The position numbers and the translations under genes were made by a program. The notes under the pieces are model-generated. The model did not search any database, was not told the origin of the DNA, and saw nothing but the letters and a program-made list of their open reading frames with translations. Below, piece after piece: positions 19,505 through 20,000 of a stretch of 20,000 bases of DNA. Numbering within the stretch: the first letter of the stretch is position 1; each line of letters begins with the position of its first letter. Source of the DNA: Chiloscyllium plagiosum (Eukaryota); NCBI RefSeq assembly GCF_004010195.1, contig NC_057753.1, positions 1,284,854 to 1,304,853 of the forward strand. Reading direction: 5' to 3'.

Positions 19505-20000
19505 GGCGTCAGTGGGGGATAACTTTGGGGCCAGTGACCATAATTCTATTCGTTTTAGAATAGTGATGGAAAAAAATCGACCAGATCTAAAAGTTGAAGT
19601 TCTTAATTGGAGAAACTCAATTTTGACGGTATTAGGCAAGAACTTTCGAAAGCTGATTGGAGGCAGATGTTCGCAGGTGCAGGGACGGCTGGAAGATGGG
19701 AAGCCTTCTGAAATGAGATAACAAGAATCCGGAGAAAGTATATTCCTGTCAGGGCGAAAGGAAAGGCTGGTAGGTATAGGGAATGCTGGATGACTAAAGA
19801 AATTGAGGATCTGGTTAAGTAAAAGACGGAGGCATATGTCAGGTATAGATAGGATAGGTCGAGTGAATCCTGAGAAGAGTATAAAGGAAGTAGGAGTATA
19901 CTTAAGAGGGAAATCAGGAGGGCAAAAAGGGGACATGAGATAGTTTTGGCAAATAGAATTAAGGAGAATCCAAAGGGTTTTTACAAATATATTAAGGACA
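19505..20000 (+). mobile_element. Younger 5'-truncated CR1 ORF2 fragment (EN C-terminus + linker), runs off the window end
   Basis: SVGDNFGASDHNSIRFRIVME...WMTKEIE...LKREIRRAKRGHEIVLANRIKENPKGFYKYIKD, with few lesions. Confidence 0.92.

Noticed and set aside
19466..19936. Longest ORF in the window (156 aa, minus strand)
   Set aside because: Antisense to the young CR1 ORF2 fragment; no independent coding evidence.

Overview
Eukaryotic, AT-rich, almost entirely repeat-derived DNA. The repeat families (HE1-like SINE, HER1/CR1 LINEs, Penelope-type terminal repeats) point to a cartilaginous fish such as a shark; this is inferred from remembered family features, not from a search. I find no intact protein-coding gene, host exon, rRNA, tRNA or CRISPR array. 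The long ORFs in the track are fragments of decayed retroelements or antisense artefacts. Main contents: (i) a decayed Ty3/gypsy LTR retrotransposon with the Gmr1-type domain order PR-INT-RT-RH (587-3299), whose 3' LTR (3511-4270) is followed by a tRNA-Pro PBS, a gag start and the end of another LTR, i.e. a tandem shared-LTR structure; (ii) three minus-strand copies of a second LTR family (11993, 15426, 18903), one still carrying PBS and gag; (iii) four Penelope-type terminal-repeat remnants with degenerate hammerhead-ribozyme cores, two of them fold-back palindromes and one flanked by a perfect 12-bp direct repeat; (iv) many CR1-group LINE fragments, one retaining a zinc-finger/esterase ORF1; (v) an HE1-like SINE. 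Nothing here is a demonstrably new biological system. The best leads are the ~220-bp palindromic hammerhead-bearing mini-element and the tandem Gmr1 architecture. Boundaries were read by eye and are approximate for the old LINE fragments.
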